From: Candidatus Limnocylindrus sp.
Lineage (GTDB): Bacteria > Chloroflexota > Limnocylindria > Limnocylindrales > Limnocylindraceae
Direction of reading: 5' to 3'
DNA length: 39,122 nt
NCBI GenBank assembly: GCA_051006395.1
Contig: JBPCTG010000141.1
Span: forward strand, 1-39,122
The translations under genes and the position numbers were made by a program. The notes beneath the pieces are model-generated. The model did no database searches, was not told the origin of the DNA, and saw only the letters and a list, made by a program, of their open reading frames with translations. The first letter of the stretch is position 1. Each line of letters begins with the position of its first letter. This document shows, piece after piece, positions 17,732 to 28,690 of the stretch.

Positions 17732-20436
17732 CAGGCCGGATCACTCGTGAGGCGCGCGATCTCACCGCGCAACTCCTCGACGCGCTTTCGCGCACCCGCG
17801 ACGACCTTCTCGGGCGCCTTGTCGGTGAAAGCAGGGTCGGCAAGTCGCGCCTCGGCTACCGCGAGCTGCTCACGTGCTGCGGAAAGATCGCGCTCGCGCC
17901 GTGCGCGATCTGCGGCGAGCGTGGCAGGATCGGCTTCGGGGAGATGCAGCCGCGCGGTGAGTGGCCCAGCAACGATGAGGGCGCCTGAGCGCGCGGCAAG
18001 TTCGCCGGTAGCGATGGTAAGTGGCCGCACGCGCGCGAGACGGCCGATTGCATCGGCGAGAAGTTCGCCGATCGGTGCCAACTCATTCGGGGCTGCAACG
18101 TCGAGTGGAAGCCACGCGCCAGCGGTGACCTTCATTGCGGTGCGTGCGGCGCGCACCTCGCGCACGAGATCGAGCCAACGGTCGATCGCGGCGGCTCTCG
18201 CCGTGTCTGCTGGAGTTGCGACAGAGGCGAACGCCGGCCATGCTGCAATCGCGAGCAGCGACGGTTCGTCTGCGCGGCGTGGGAGCGCCTCCCAGATCGC
18301 CTCAGAGATAAATGGAGCGATCGGATGGAGGAGGCGCAGTCGCGCGTCGAGCGCGTCGACGAGCGCCCACCAGGTCGCCACGCGCTCCACTGCAGGTCGA
18401 TCGTTGTCACCGAGCGTCACCTTCGCAAGCTCAATCGCCTGGTCGCAGAAGTCGCTCCAGATCGCATCATGGACACGCTGCGCCGCCTCGGAGAAGGCGT
18501 AGCCACCAAGGGCGTGATCGACCTCGGCGACAGCGTTCGCGGTTCGGCCGACGAGCCAGGCGCCGAACGCTCCGGCACCTGCCGTCGCTTCGGCGGCACT
18601 CGGCCGCTCGTCGTTCACCTCGGCGGGTCGCGACATGAGCACGTAGCGCGCAGCGTTCCAGAGCTTGTTCATGAAGTTGCGCGCCGCCTCAAGGCGCTCG
18701 TCGGAGAGGCGCTGATCGGCACCTGCGGCGGTCCCCGATACCAGGGCGAAGCGCAACGCATCGGCACCGATCTCGTCGATCACCGAGAGCGGATCGACGA
18801 CGTTCCCCTTCGTCTTCGACATCTTCTGCCCCTCGGGATCGCGCACCATGCCGTGCAGGTAGATCGTCTCGAAGGGTGGCTCCCCCATCAGCTCAATGCC
18901 GAGCATCATCATGCGCGCGACCCAGAAGAAGAGGATGTCGTGGCCGGTCTCCATCACCTGTGACGGGTAGTAGCGCGAAAGGTCGGGGGTGCGATCAGGC
19001 CAACCGAGGGTGCTGAACGGCCAGAGTCCCGAACTAAACCAGGTATCGAAGATGTCGGACTCTTGGGTCAGCTGATCGGCCTCAGCGCCACAGTCGGAGC
19101 AGCCTGCTGGCCCATCGGCGCGATCGCTCACCGTGGTGTGTCCCACAGGGCAGTACCAGGCGGGGATGCGGTGCCCCCACCAGAGCTGTCGACTCACGTT
19201 CCAGTCGCGAATCTCGGTGAGCCAGTGCTCCCAGGTCTTCTCAAAGTGCGCGGGCACGATGCGCGTCTTACCCTCACGCGTTGCGGCGAGCGCCTTCTCG
19301 GCAAGCGGCTTGGCGCGAATGAACCACTGCGTTCGGAGGCGCGGCTCGAGGATGTCGTTGCTGCGTTGGCAGCGGGCGGGGTTCGCCGCGTGCGGCTTCA
19401 CCGACACGAGTTGGCCGCGCGCTTCGAGCGCCGCGACGATCGCCTTGCGCGCGGCGAAGCGATCCATGCCGGCGAATGGTGCAGGTGCATCGGCCACGAC
19501 TCGTGCCGACTCATCGAGGATCGTCGGCGCATCTAGGTTGTGGCGCAGCCCCGCCTCGCGATCGTTCGGATCGTGCGCCGGAGTGAGCTTAACGGCGCCG
19601 GTTCCGAACTCACGCTCGACAAAGTCATCGGCGACGATCGGAACGGCGCGCTCGACGAAGGGGACGACGACCCTCTTCCCGATGAGCGCCGCGTAGCGCG
19701 GATCGTCGGGGTGTACCGCAACGCCCGTATCGCCGAGGAGCGTCTCGGGCCGTGTCGTGGCCACGACGACGCCGGAGTCGGGGGCGCCACCCTCGAGCGG
19801 GTAGCGAATCTCCCAGATGCTCCCCTGCTCTTCGACGGCGATCGACTCGAGGTCGGAGACGCTCGTCTTGCAGCCGGGGCACCAGTTCACCAGCGCTTCG
19901 GTGCGATAGGCGAGGCCGCGCTCGTACAAGGTAGCGAAGGCGGTGCGCACCGCGCGACTTGACACCTCGTCCATCGTGAAGCGGGTGCGGCTCCAATCTG
20001 CAGAGGCGCCGAGCCGCTTGAACTGTCCGAGGATCGTGCCGCGTGTCTCATCCATGAATCGCTCCATGCGCTCGAGGTAGCGCTCGCGTCCGAGGCTCGC
20101 GCGGCTCTCCCCGTCGACCGCGATGATCTTGTCGAGCACGAACTGCGCGGCGATCGAGGCATGGTCGATCCCTGGAAGCCAGAGCGTTGGTCGCCCCTGC
20201 ATGCGCGCGCGTCGCGTGAGCAGGTCCTCGAGTGTGACGAAGAGCGCGTGGCCAACGTGCAGGCCGCCGGTGACGTTTGGCGGCGGCATGATGATCGTGT
20301 ACGGCGGAAGGTCGGCGCGACCCGCCGAGTCGCTCCCGTCAGGAGCACCAAAGTCGCTTGCCGCCCAGCGCGCTGCGACGCTCGATTCGATCTCGGCCGG
20401 GCTGTAGGAGGGGCCGAGCTCGCGCGCGGCGCTCAC
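17731..20436 (-). CDS. valS: Valine--tRNA ligase
   Basis: [42 protein letters not shown] and KMSKTKGN motifs; C-terminal coiled coil. Confidence 0.97.
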   Translation of the reverse strand: MSAARELGPSYSPAEIESSVAARWAASDFGAPDGSDSAGRADLPPYTIIMPPPNVTGGLHVGHALFVTLEDLLTRRARMQGRPTLWLPGIDHASIAAQFVLDKIIAVDGESRASLGRERYLERMERFMDETRGTILGQFKRLGASADWSRTRFTMDEVSSRAVRTAFATLYERGLAYRTEALVNWCPGCKTSVSDLESIAVEEQGSIWEIRYPLEGGAPDSGVVVATTRPETLLGDTGVAVHPDDPRYAALIGKRVVVPFVERAVPIVADDFVEREFGTGAVKLTPAHDPNDREAGLRHNLDAPTILDESARVVADAPAPFAGMDRFAARKAIVAALEARGQLVSVKPHAANPARCQRSNDILEPRLRTQWFIRAKPLAEKALAATREGKTRIVPAHFEKTWEHWLTEIRDWNVSRQLWWGHRIPAWYCPVGHTTVSDRADGPAGCSDCGAEADQLTQESDIFDTWFSSGLWPFSTLGWPDRTPDLSRYYPSQVMETGHDILFFWVARMMMLGIELMGEPPFETIYLHGMVRDPEGQKMSKTKGNVVDPLSVIDEIGADALRFALVSGTAAGADQRLSDERLEAARNFMNKLWNAARYVLMSRPAEVNDERPSAAEATAGAGAFGAWLVGRTANAVAEVDHALGGYAFSEAAQRVHDAIWSDFCDQAIELAKVTLGDNDRPAVERVATWWALVDALDARLRLLHPIAPFISEAIWEALPRRADEPSLLAIAAWPAFASVATPADTARAAAIDRWLDLVREVRAARTAMKVTAGAWLPLDVAAPNELAPIGELLADAIGRLARVRPLTIATGELAARSGALIVAGPLTARLHLPEADPATLAADRARRERDLSAAREQLAVAEARLADPAFTDKAPEKVVAGARKRVEELRGEIARLTSDPA

Positions 20437-21788
20437 GCCGACGCGCGGGGGGCCGCCCCGCGTACACGTACCGCGCGACGCGGCCCGCTGCTACTCGTCG
20501 CCTTCTCACTCGTCACCTGCGACGCGGAGAGGAGGAGCGGCGCCGCCCCCTCGCGAATCGTCTCTTCGGTGATCGTGCAGCGGCGCACATCTGGACGGTC
20601 AGGGATGTCGTACATGGTGGAGAGGAGCGACTCCTCGAGGATCGTGCGAAGGGCGCGCGCGCCGGTCTTGCGCTCAAGTGCGCGCTCGGCGGCAGCGCGC
20701 AGCGCACCAGGGGTGAAACTCAACTCCACGCCGTGCAGCTCAAAGAGGCGCTGATACTGCTTTACGAGCGCGTTCTTCGGCTCAACCAAGATCGTCACCA
20801 GATCATCGAGGGTGAGCGGCTCGAGGTCGACGATCATCGGCAGGCGACCGATGAATTCGGGGATCAGCCCGTACTTGAGCAAGTCATCGGGCATGAGCTG
20901 CTCGAGCACACGATTCCCCGCCTCGGCGCTCGGCCCCTCTGCGCCGAAGCCGATCCCGCGGCGACCGACGCGGTCGGCGACGATCTTCTCCAGCCCCTCG
21001 AAGGCGCCGCCGCAAATAAAGAGGATGTTGGTGGTGTCGATCTGCAGGTACTCTTGATGTGGGTGCTTTCGCCCACCTTGCGGCGGAACGTTGGCAACGG
21101 TCCCCTCCAGGATCTTGAGGAGCGCCTGCTGAACCCCCTCGCCGGACACGTCGCGGGTGATCGACGGGTTCTCCGCCTTGCGTGTGATCTTGTCGATCTC
21201 GTCGATGTAGATGATCCCGCGCTGCGCGCGCTCGATGTCGCCATCGGCAGACTGGATCAGGCGCAGCAGGATGTTCTCGACATCCTCTCCAACGTAGCCA
21301 GCTTCGGTAAGGCTCGTCGCGTCGGCGATGCAGAAGGGAACGTCGAGGAGGCGCGCTAGCGTCTGCGCCAGGAGCGTCTTCCCGGATCCAGTGGGACCAA
21401 CGAGCAACACGTTCGACTTGGCAATCTCAACGCCATCCTTTGACGCCTCGATCCCGATGCGCTGGTAGTGGTTGTGGACCGCGACGGCGAGCGTGCGCTT
21501 CGCCCGTTCCTGGCTCACGACATGCTCGTTCAGTGCGGTGTGGATCGCCCGCGGCGTCGGGACCGGATCGTCGCCGCGCGCTGAGCTTCGACTGTGCTGC
21601 GCGGGCTCAACGGCGATCTCAGCGCAGAGGGCAACGCACTCGTCGCAGATGTAGACGCCCTGGCCGGCGATCAGCTTGCGTACCTGCTCCTGCGTCTTGC
21701 GACAGAACGAGCAGCGATACGAGCCGGCTGGACCCTTCGGTCCGCGTCCCCTGCCACCGCCCGCGCCAAAGGTCACGTCGCCGCTCAC
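20433..21788 (-). CDS. clpX: ATP-dependent Clp protease ATP-binding subunit ClpX
   Basis: CSFC..CDEC zinc finger, [29 protein letters not shown] loop and IGF loop. Confidence 0.97.
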   Translation of the reverse strand: MSGDVTFGAGGGRGRGPKGPAGSYRCSFCRKTQEQVRKLIAGQGVYICDECVALCAEIAVEPAQHSRSSARGDDPVPTPRAIHTALNEHVVSQERAKRTLAVAVHNHYQRIGIEASKDGVEIAKSNVLLVGPTGSGKTLLAQTLARLLDVPFCIADATSLTEAGYVGEDVENILLRLIQSADGDIERAQRGIIYIDEIDKITRKAENPSITRDVSGEGVQQALLKILEGTVANVPPQGGRKHPHQEYLQIDTTNILFICGGAFEGLEKIVADRVGRRGIGFGAEGPSAEAGNRVLEQLMPDDLLKYGLIPEFIGRLPMIVDLEPLTLDDLVTILVEPKNALVKQYQRLFELHGVELSFTPGALRAAAERALERKTGARALRTILEESLLSTMYDIPDRPDVRRCTITEETIREGAAPLLLSASQVTSEKATSSSGPRRAVRVRGAAPRASA

Positions 21789-21797
21789 GCGCGCCGC

Positions 21798-22400
21798 CTA
21801 CTTCTTCTTGGGTGGAACGATCGCGGGAAGCTTGTAGACCTCGTCGATGATCCCGTAAGTCACCGCCTCCTCGGGAGAGAGGAAGAGGTCGCGATCCGTA
21901 TCCTTCACGATCTTCTCCATCGGCTGGCCGGTGTGCGCGGCGAGCAGCTCCTGGGTGGTGCGCACCAGCTGCTCCATCTCCTTCACCTGAATGAACACAT
22001 CGGGGGTGTTGCCGCGGAAACCGCCTGACCCCTGGTGGATCATGATCCGGCTGTGCGGCAGAGCGAAGCGACGCCCTGGTGCTCCAGCGGCAAGGAGTAC
22101 GGCACCCATCGACATGGCGATTCCGGTGCAAATGGTGCTCACCGGTGCGCGCACGTATTGCATCGTGTCGTAGATGGCGAGCCCGGCGGTGATCACGCCA
22201 CCCGGTGAGTTGATGTACAGGAAGATCTCCTTCTCAGGATCCTCGGCGTCGAGGAAGAGGAGCTGGGCGATGATCAGGTTTGCAACGTCGTCCTCGACCG
22301 CGGCGCCAAGGAAGATGATTCGCTCCTTGAGGAGGCGCGACCAGATGTCGTACGCGCGCTCGCCGCGACTCGATGTCTCGATCACCATCGGAACCATCAT
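21798..22400 (-). CDS. clpP: ATP-dependent Clp protease proteolytic subunit
   Basis: [32 protein letters not shown] and DTDRD motifs; AAGGAGG SD. Confidence 0.97.
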   Translation of the reverse strand: MMVPMVIETSSRGERAYDIWSRLLKERIIFLGAAVEDDVANLIIAQLLFLDAEDPEKEIFLYINSPGGVITAGLAIYDTMQYVRAPVSTICTGIAMSMGAVLLAAGAPGRRFALPHSRIMIHQGSGGFRGNTPDVFIQVKEMEQLVRTTQELLAAHTGQPMEKIVKDTDRDLFLSPEEAVTYGIIDEVYKLPAIVPPKKK

Positions 22401-22430
22401 CGTGAACCCCTCCTTGCTGGATCTCGGAGT

Positions 22431-23780
22431 CTACTCGCCCGCGGGGGTCGCAGGGCGTGCCGGGCCCCAGGCGGGCCAGGCGTCGGCGTGGGCGTCGAGC
22501 CACTCGTCCACGAGGCGTTCCACCACCAGGGATCGGCGCAGCGAGGCGCGGATTGCACGGCGCCCCCGTTCTGAGGCGAGGTAGCGCTCGAGCGCCTTCT
22601 GCCCCTGTGCCTGTGGCTTGGCGCGCGCGACCTCGGCGTCGACCAGCGCCTCGGGAACCTCAACCTTCTCGGCCCCAGCAACGGCGGAGAGGACGAGCAG
22701 GGTTCTGGCGCGTCGCTCGCCGCGCTCGCGCAGTTCAGCGCGAAGGGTCTCGGCGCTCTTCTCTGTGGCGGCGAGGTACTGCTCGAAGCTGATCCCCTGT
22801 CGCGCGACGGAGCGGGCGAGTTCGTCGACGAGGCCGTCGACTTCCTCGTCGATCATCGGCTCGGGCACCTCGACGGTGGCGTTATCAATCGCGTACTCGA
22901 CCACGCGGTCGGCGAACTCGTGGCGACCACGATCTACCGCGCTTGCCTTGAGACGCGTCAACACCTCGGCGCGAAGGCCTGCAACGTCTTGTACGTTGGC
23001 GACCTGCTTCGCAAAGTCGTCGTCGAGCGGCGGCGGGATGCGCGCGCGCAACTCGTGCACCTCGACCTCGAAGCGCGCGGCGATGCCGCGGAGCGACTCC
23101 TCTTGGTAGTCGTTGGGGAAGGTCACTTCAACGGTGCGCGTGTCGCCTGGGTGGGCACCGACGAGCTGTGCCTCAAAGCCAGGGATCAGTCGCTCCGAAC
23201 CAAGGACAAGCGGCATGCGATCCGCCGCTCCGCCCTCGATAACTGCGCCGTTATCCGCTCGGTAGCCGGTGAAGCCGATGATCGCGTAGTCGCCGAGCTC
23301 TGCGCCGCGTTCGGTCACCGCCTCGAGCTTCGCGTAGCCGTCCCGCAGATCTTCGATCACCGCGTCGACCTTCTTCTCGTCGGGCTCTTCGAACGATGGA
23401 GAGAACGTGAAATTGCGATAGTCGCCGAGTTTCACCTCGGGTGGAACGGCAACGATCGCAACGAAGCTGTATGGCTCACCCTCAACTACCGGAGCCGCGT
23501 CAACTTTCGGGCTGGAGAGCGGCATGGTGTCGGTGGCGATCACCGCTTCGCGGTATCCCTGTTCGACAAGGATCTCTGTCGCCTCGTCAAGGAGTCGCCC
23601 GCTTCCAGCGACCCGCTCGACCATTGAGCGCGGCGCCTTGCCCGGGCGGAAGCCGGCAATCTTGGTGTGCTGCGCGACGTGGCGCACGGCGGCAGCGATC
23701 GCGGCGGCAACCTCCTCGGCGGAGGCGCTCACCTCGAGCTTGACGCTGCTCTTCGCTGCTGGGGTCGCGGTGAATTTCAT
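22431..23780 (-). CDS. tig: Trigger factor
   Basis: GFRPGKAP ribosome-binding motif and FKBP domain (LIPGFEAQLVG, VTFPNDY); directly upstream of clpP-clpX. Confidence 0.95.
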   Translation of the reverse strand: MKFTATPAAKSSVKLEVSASAEEVAAAIAAAVRHVAQHTKIAGFRPGKAPRSMVERVAGSGRLLDEATEILVEQGYREAVIATDTMPLSSPKVDAAPVVEGEPYSFVAIVAVPPEVKLGDYRNFTFSPSFEEPDEKKVDAVIEDLRDGYAKLEAVTERGAELGDYAIIGFTGYRADNGAVIEGGAADRMPLVLGSERLIPGFEAQLVGAHPGDTRTVEVTFPNDYQEESLRGIAARFEVEVHELRARIPPPLDDDFAKQVANVQDVAGLRAEVLTRLKASAVDRGRHEFADRVVEYAIDNATVEVPEPMIDEEVDGLVDELARSVARQGISFEQYLAATEKSAETLRAELRERGERRARTLLVLSAVAGAEKVEVPEALVDAEVARAKPQAQGQKALERYLASERGRRAIRASLRRSLVVERLVDEWLDAHADAWPAWGPARPATPAGE

Positions 23781-23802
23781 AGGAGGAGAACCTTAGCGGA
23801 GA

Positions 23803-23889
23803 TGGTGGGCGAGGTCGGATTCGAACCGACACGCCGCAGAGCGGCACCGGCTCCTAAGGCCGACGCGTCTACCGTTTCGCCACTCGCCC
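23803..23889 (-). tRNA. tRNA-Leu (anticodon TAG), CCA encoded
   Basis: Acceptor stem GGGCGAG/CTCGCCC-ACCA, D-arm TGGCGAAACGGTAGACGC, anticodon arm TCGGC-CTTAGGA-GCCGG, long variable arm, T-arm GTCGG-TTCGAAT-CCGAC. Confidence 0.96.
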
Positions 23890-24309
23890 GCTCGCATCAT
23901 CGGCCGCGGCGGCCGATCCGTCTAGCGACGCCCCTGGCTTGTGCTCACTGAGGAGGGCGTCGACCACCGCTCGCCCACCGCGCTCTGCCGCCGCAGCGGC
24001 GATGCCGGCGGCGAAGGAGGTTGCTGCTCCGCGGTGACGTTGAGCGTTCGCCCCCTCGGCAGGCGCCTTCCCCCGCCTCCCGCCGAACCAGCGGATCGCA
24101 GCAAGCCCTGCGAGGGCGGCGAGGCCAATCGCGCGAAACGGACGCTCGCGCAGCTCCTTGGCGAGGCCGCCGCTCGGCCGTAGTCGATCACCGATCGCGT
24201 GAGCGCCGTCGAGCGCCGCGGCGCGCGCCGATGCAACCTCGTCGACACGTGCCGCAACGTCGCCGCGCCCCTCGAGCGCGCGGGCGCGGCGCCCTGCGTC
24301 AATGCTCAT
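23869..24309 (-). CDS. Hypothetical membrane-anchored protein (DUF3618/YqjK/ElaB-like architecture)
   Basis: Helical N-terminus then RERPFRAIGLAALAGLAAIRW TM; ATGA overlap with the upstream gene; 3' end overlaps the tRNA. Confidence 0.6.
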   Translation of the reverse strand: MSIDAGRRARALEGRGDVAARVDEVASARAAALDGAHAIGDRLRPSGGLAKELRERPFRAIGLAALAGLAAIRWFGGRRGKAPAEGANAQRHRGAATSFAAGIAAAAAERGGRAVVDALLSEHKPGASLDGSAAAADDASGRVAKR

Positions 24310-25055
24310 CGTGGATCCCCATCGCCCTTCGCGTCGCGGTCACGCAGTCGATCGGCGACGCGCCGGAGCGCATCGGCGAGCGTTGCCGTGCCGCTGCGAA
24401 TTGCGCCGAGCGCCTCGTCGGCGCTGCCGATCGCAGCGCCCACTTCACCCGCTGCGCCGGCGATCACCTCTTCGCGTAGGCCTTCGACTGCGTCCATCGT
24501 CTCGCGGAACTCCGCCTCGCTTGCGAGCGGTCGGAAGCGATCGGTGAACCGCTGCGCGTCGAAGCTTGCAAGGCCAACGAGCAGATCAACGAGCAGCGCT
24601 GCGAGCGCAACGGTCACAGCGAGCCCAAGCGAAGGGCCGATGCTCCAGTTCAGTGCGCCGAGGAGCGCCGCGCCAACCGCTGCGCCGATCACAAGCGCGA
24701 TCAGCAGTGAACGTCCGCGACGACTGCGATCGATGCGCAGCAGCGATGAGAGGATCCCGGTTGCGACGGCGAGGAGGGCGATCACCAAGTGCGCGGCGCC
24801 CCACAGCGACGATCCGTAGAGCAGCTCGCCGAGCGTCAACGCAAGTGCGACGAGGAGTGCAACGAGCGCAGTGATAAGGAGCGACGCGACCACGATCACG
24901 CCGATGACGAGCCCAACCAGGTCGCGTACGATCGCGCCGATCTCGGCGCGCAAGAGAGCCACGTGCCCGCCGAAAAGCGCGCGGAGCGCTTCGAGGAGTG
25001 CGAAGAGCTCGGCGGTGAAGGAGCCGGCCGCACGCTCGCGCTGATCGCGGCTCAT
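24306..25055 (-). CDS. Membrane protein with YqjE / holin-X-like N-terminal region
   Basis: GHVALLRAEI followed by paired TM helices (four in total); ATGA overlap with mrp. Confidence 0.65.
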   Translation of the reverse strand: MSRDQRERAAGSFTAELFALLEALRALFGGHVALLRAEIGAIVRDLVGLVIGVIVVASLLITALVALLVALALTLGELLYGSSLWGAAHLVIALLAVATGILSSLLRIDRSRRGRSLLIALVIGAAVGAALLGALNWSIGPSLGLAVTVALAALLVDLLVGLASFDAQRFTDRFRPLASEAEFRETMDAVEGLREEVIAGAAGEVGAAIGSADEALGAIRSGTATLADALRRVADRLRDRDAKGDGDPR

Positions 25056-26128
25056 GCGACGGTCAACGTCGGGCCGCTCTCGTTTGCAGCGCGCACCGAG
25101 AGTCGCGCCGCAACCGCGCCCGCCAACTCCTTGAACGCTGTGGCTGCAGGTCCGACCTCGCGCTGCGCGACGGCGGGAATTCCCGCGTCACCACCCTGTC
25201 GCACGGCGAGCTCAAGCGGAATGCGTCCGAGGTGGTCGAGCCCCTCCTCCTTCGCGAGGCGCTCAGCGCCACCGCGACCGAAGATCTCCGTCAGCTCGCC
25301 ACAGTGCGGACAGGCGAACGAAGACATGTTTTCGACGATCCCAAGGATCGGAACGTTCATGCGTCTGAACATCGACAGCGCCTTCGCCACATCGGAGAGG
25401 GCGACATCTTGCGGCGTGGTGACGAGCACGGTGCCCGCGAGCGGCACCGCCTGCGCGAGCGTCAACTGCGCATCAGAGGTGCCGGGGGGAAGGTCGACGA
25501 TGAGATAGTCGAGCTCGCCCCACTCCACGTCGCGAAGAAACTGCTGGATCGCGCCGCCGATCAGCGGGCCGCGCCACACGATCGGCTGCCCCTCTGGCAC
25601 GAAGAACTGTATGGAGATGAGCTTCACCCCGTGGCGTTCGATCGGCTCGATCTTGCCGCCAGGGCTCGACTTCGGCGTGCCAGTCGCCCCCATCATCTGC
25701 GGGATGTTCGGCCCCGTGATGTCGGCGTCGAGGAGGCCGACGCGCGCGCCGGTTTGCGCGAGGGCAACGGCGAGGTTCACCGAGACGGTGCTCTTGCCGA
25801 CGCCGCCCTTGCCGGAGGCGACGGCGACCACGTTGCGAATGTTCGGGAGGAGTCGTTCAGGGGTTGATGGAGCGGCACGTCGCACCTTCGATCCCCAACG
25901 CAAGTCGTGCAGATCGGCGCCGATCCCGTCGAGTGCGGCGCGAATATCGCGCTCGATCACATCTTTAAGAGGACAGGCGGGGGTGGTAAGTTCGATCATC
26001 ATCCCCACGGTCGAACCATCGACGGTGAGTTCCTTCACCATGTCGAGCGTAACAATGTCGCGACCGAGCTCCGGCTCCTGGACGCCACTGAGCGCCTGCA
26101 TCACCGTCGCCTCTGTGATCGCGGCCAT
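25052..26128 (-). CDS. mrp: Mrp/NBP35 (ApbC) iron-sulfur cluster carrier ATPase
   Basis: N-terminal FeS-assembly domain (EPELGRDIV, LTTPACP), SGKGGVGKST, WRGP, DLPPGTSD and ENMS..CPHC motifs. GGAGG SD before ATG 26128. Confidence 0.93.
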   Translation of the reverse strand: MAAITEATVMQALSGVQEPELGRDIVTLDMVKELTVDGSTVGMMIELTTPACPLKDVIERDIRAALDGIGADLHDLRWGSKVRRAAPSTPERLLPNIRNVVAVASGKGGVGKSTVSVNLAVALAQTGARVGLLDADITGPNIPQMMGATGTPKSSPGGKIEPIERHGVKLISIQFFVPEGQPIVWRGPLIGGAIQQFLRDVEWGELDYLIVDLPPGTSDAQLTLAQAVPLAGTVLVTTPQDVALSDVAKALSMFRRMNVPILGIVENMSSFACPHCGELTEIFGRGGAERLAKEEGLDHLGRIPLELAVRQGGDAGIPAVAQREVGPAATAFKELAGAVAARLSVRAANESGPTLTVA

Positions 26129-26308
26129 CTCGCCTCCTCGCCGACTCTCGTCATCTTCGTCGCCTGCTTGCGCTGTTCCACGCTGCGTGGGCGGCACCCG
26201 CTCATCGTACTCGCAACACCGTTTGACCCACCCCCTCACCCGTCCTACGCTGCGTGCGACCGCCCCGCTCGGGGCCAAGGCGAAGACGCTGTGGAGGTGA
26301 CCGGGAGG

Positions 26309-27400
26309 GTGGCTGACGTCGACGTACGACTGGTTGACGTAACCAAGCGCTTCGGCGATCAGGTCGCCGTAGACGGGATCACCCTCGACGTCACCGACGG
26401 CGAGTTCTTCACCCTCCTCGGCCCATCGGGCTGCGGTAAGACGACGACGCTCCGCATGATCGGCGGCTTTGAGCAGCCGAGCTCCGGAACGATCGAGTTG
26501 CAGGGGCGCGACGTCACGAACCTCCCGCCGTACGAGCGAGACGTGAACACTGTCTTCCAAAGTTACGCCCTCTTCCCCCACCTCTCGATCTTCGAGAACG
26601 TTGCCTTCGGCCTGCGCCGCAAGCACGTGAAGGGCGACGAGGTGAAGCAGCGCGTCGGCGAGGCGCTCGAGCTGGTGCAGCTCGTCGGCTACGAGTCGCG
26701 AAAGCCGGGGCAGCTCTCCGGAGGCCAGGCGCAACGCGTCGCACTTGCGCGCGCCCTGGTGAATCGCCCCGCGGTACTGCTGCTCGATGAGCCGCTCGGC
26801 GCGCTCGACCTGAAGCTGCGCAAGCAGATGGGGATTGAGTTGAAGCGCATCCAACGCGAAGTCGGCATCACGTTTGTGTATGTCACCCACGACCAGGAAG
26901 AGGCGATGACGATGTCGGATCGCATCGCCGTCATGAACAAGGGCCGCTACGAGCAGCTCGCGGGACCGGAGACGCTCTACGAGCGCCCGGCGACGCGCTT
27001 CGTCGCAGGATTCGTTGGCGCGAGCAACCTGCTCGAAGGGCGCGTCGGCAGCGACGGCGACATGTGGACGGTCACCCTGTCGGGCGGCGCCGTGGTGCGC
27101 GCGCCGAAGAGTCTCGGCGACATCGGCAGCGCGGGTGCGATCGGGGTGCGCCCCGAGAAGCTCGCCCTCCTCGAGCCAGGACAGGAGTCGCGCGGCAACC
27201 GCCTCGACGGCGTCGTCGTTGACACCAGCTACCTCGGCGTGATCACGCAGTACGTCGTCGAGGGCGACGGAGGGCTGCGCCTTCTCGTCTCCGAGCAGAA
27301 CGTCGACCGCACGACGCGCAGCGACACCTGGCGCCCCGGCGAACGTGTCGCCCTCACGTGGAAGCCCGACCACGGGTTCGTGGTTGGCGACAGCGCATAA
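26309..27400 (+). CDS. potA: Polyamine ABC transporter ATP-binding protein
   Basis: GPSGCGKTT, VFQSYALFPH, LSGGQAQR, LLLDEPL and VTHDQEEA motifs plus TOBE tail. GGAGGTGA SD 8 nt before GTG 26309. Confidence 0.9.
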   Translation: MADVDVRLVDVTKRFGDQVAVDGITLDVTDGEFFTLLGPSGCGKTTTLRMIGGFEQPSSGTIELQGRDVTNLPPYERDVNTVFQSYALFPHLSIFENVAFGLRRKHVKGDEVKQRVGEALELVQLVGYESRKPGQLSGGQAQRVALARALVNRPAVLLLDEPLGALDLKLRKQMGIELKRIQREVGITFVYVTHDQEEAMTMSDRIAVMNKGRYEQLAGPETLYERPATRFVAGFVGASNLLEGRVGSDGDMWTVTLSGGAVVRAPKSLGDIGSAGAIGVRPEKLALLEPGQESRGNRLDGVVVDTSYLGVITQYVVEGDGGLRLLVSEQNVDRTTRSDTWRPGERVALTWKPDHGFVVGDSA

Positions 27401-27455
27401 GCTTGATTCCGGCGTCGGAAAATTGGTGGCAAGGCGAAAGCAGGAGGGTAAAAAG

Positions 27456-28667
27456 GTGACAGAGCAGACGAACGCGAAGGTCAACGCAACGAACGGCGGC
27501 GCGATCGATCGTCGCACCGTGCTGAAGCTTGGCGCGGTCGCAGGCACTGCTGCCTTCCTCGCCGCATGCGGCACCTCTGGCAGTTCCACCGAGCCGAGCG
27601 CAAGCGGCGGCGACACCACGCCGAGCGCCACGCTGAACTGGGCGAACTGGACCTACTACCTCGACGTCGACGATGGTGTCGACACGGCAACCGCCGAGAC
27701 CTCGGAGAGCCTGCGCCGTTTCAAGAAGGAGTACGGCACCACCGTCAACTATCGCGAGGACCTGCTCGACAACGACGAGTTCTTCGGCACGATCAAGGCG
27801 CCACTTGAGGCGGGACAAGACACCGGCTGGGATCTGGTGACGCCAACCACTTGGATGGCGAAGAAGATCATCGACCTCGGCTGGGCCGAGAAGTTCGACA
27901 AGTCGCACATGCCAAATTTCGTCGCGAACCTCGCCGACGAGTTCCGTGGCCGCGCAGCCGACCCGTCAAACGACTATCTCGCCCCCTGGCAGTCGATCAT
28001 GACCGGCCTCGGCGTGAACACCAAGAAGACGAAGCGCTTCACCAAGGTCTCTGGCCTATGGGATCCAGCGCTCAAGGGGAAGATCTCCCTGCTCACCGAA
28101 CTTCGCGACACCACGGGGCTTGTGATGCTTGGCAACGGCGCAGATCCGTCGAACCCGACGCGCGCCACCTTCGACGCGGCGATCGCCACACTTCAGACGG
28201 CGATCGACTCGGGGCAGGTGCGCAAGATCACCGGCAACGGGTACACCGAGTTGCTCATCAACGACTCTGCGTTCGCGGCGATTGCCTGGTCGGGCGACGT
28301 GGGGATCATCCAGGCCGACAAGCCCGAGCTCGAGTTCATCGTCCCCGACGAGGGTGGAATGTACGCGACCGACAACTTGCTGATCCCGAAAGGGGCACAG
28401 CACAAATACACCGCCGAGCTCTGGATCGACTTCTACTACCGCCCCGAGATCGCAGCGATCGTCGAGGCATACGTGAACTACATCTGTCCAGTGAAAGGTG
28501 TGTCGGAGGAAATCACGAAGATTGACCCTGCGCTCGCAACCAACCCGCTGATCTTCCCCTCCGAAGAGACGAAGAAGCGACTGCGCGTTTGGGGGAGCGT
28601 CTCCGCCGAGGACCAGGCCTACTTCGATGATCGCTTCAGCGCGATTGTCGAAGGCGTCAGCGCCTAA
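27456..28667 (+). CDS. potD: Polyamine ABC transporter substrate-binding protein (Tat lipoprotein)
   Basis: IDRRTVLK twin-Arg signal and LAAC lipobox; WANWTYY, AWSGD, PDEGG and YVNYICP motifs. AGGAGG SD before GTG 27456. Confidence 0.88.
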   Translation: MTEQTNAKVNATNGGAIDRRTVLKLGAVAGTAAFLAACGTSGSSTEPSASGGDTTPSATLNWANWTYYLDVDDGVDTATAETSESLRRFKKEYGTTVNYREDLLDNDEFFGTIKAPLEAGQDTGWDLVTPTTWMAKKIIDLGWAEKFDKSHMPNFVANLADEFRGRAADPSNDYLAPWQSIMTGLGVNTKKTKRFTKVSGLWDPALKGKISLLTELRDTTGLVMLGNGADPSNPTRATFDAAIATLQTAIDSGQVRKITGNGYTELLINDSAFAAIAWSGDVGIIQADKPELEFIVPDEGGMYATDNLLIPKGAQHKYTAELWIDFYYRPEIAAIVEAYVNYICPVKGVSEEITKIDPALATNPLIFPSEETKKRLRVWGSVSAEDQAYFDDRFSAIVEGVSA

Positions 28668-28690
28668 CGCTCAGCAACGAGGGGCGCAGG

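Noticed and set aside
23803-25055. Prophage or integrative element at tRNA-Leu (holin-like gene nearby)
   Set aside because: No integrase, no duplicated tRNA 3' end and no phage genes; both flanks are housekeeping genes.
27401-27455. Riboswitch between potA and potD (TTCCG-GCGT-CGGAA hairpin, GCGAAAGC)
   Set aside because: Only 55 nt with 5-bp and 2-bp stems; no recognisable aptamer consensus.
25052-27631. 859-aa Mrp fusion
   Set aside because: The extension is antisense to potA/potD; the real start at 26128 has a GGAGG SD.
27456-28667. Horizontal transfer suggested by lower GC and Lys/Asn richness of potD and the BMP gene
   Set aside because: Better explained by the composition of exported, highly expressed binding proteins; no mobility signatures.
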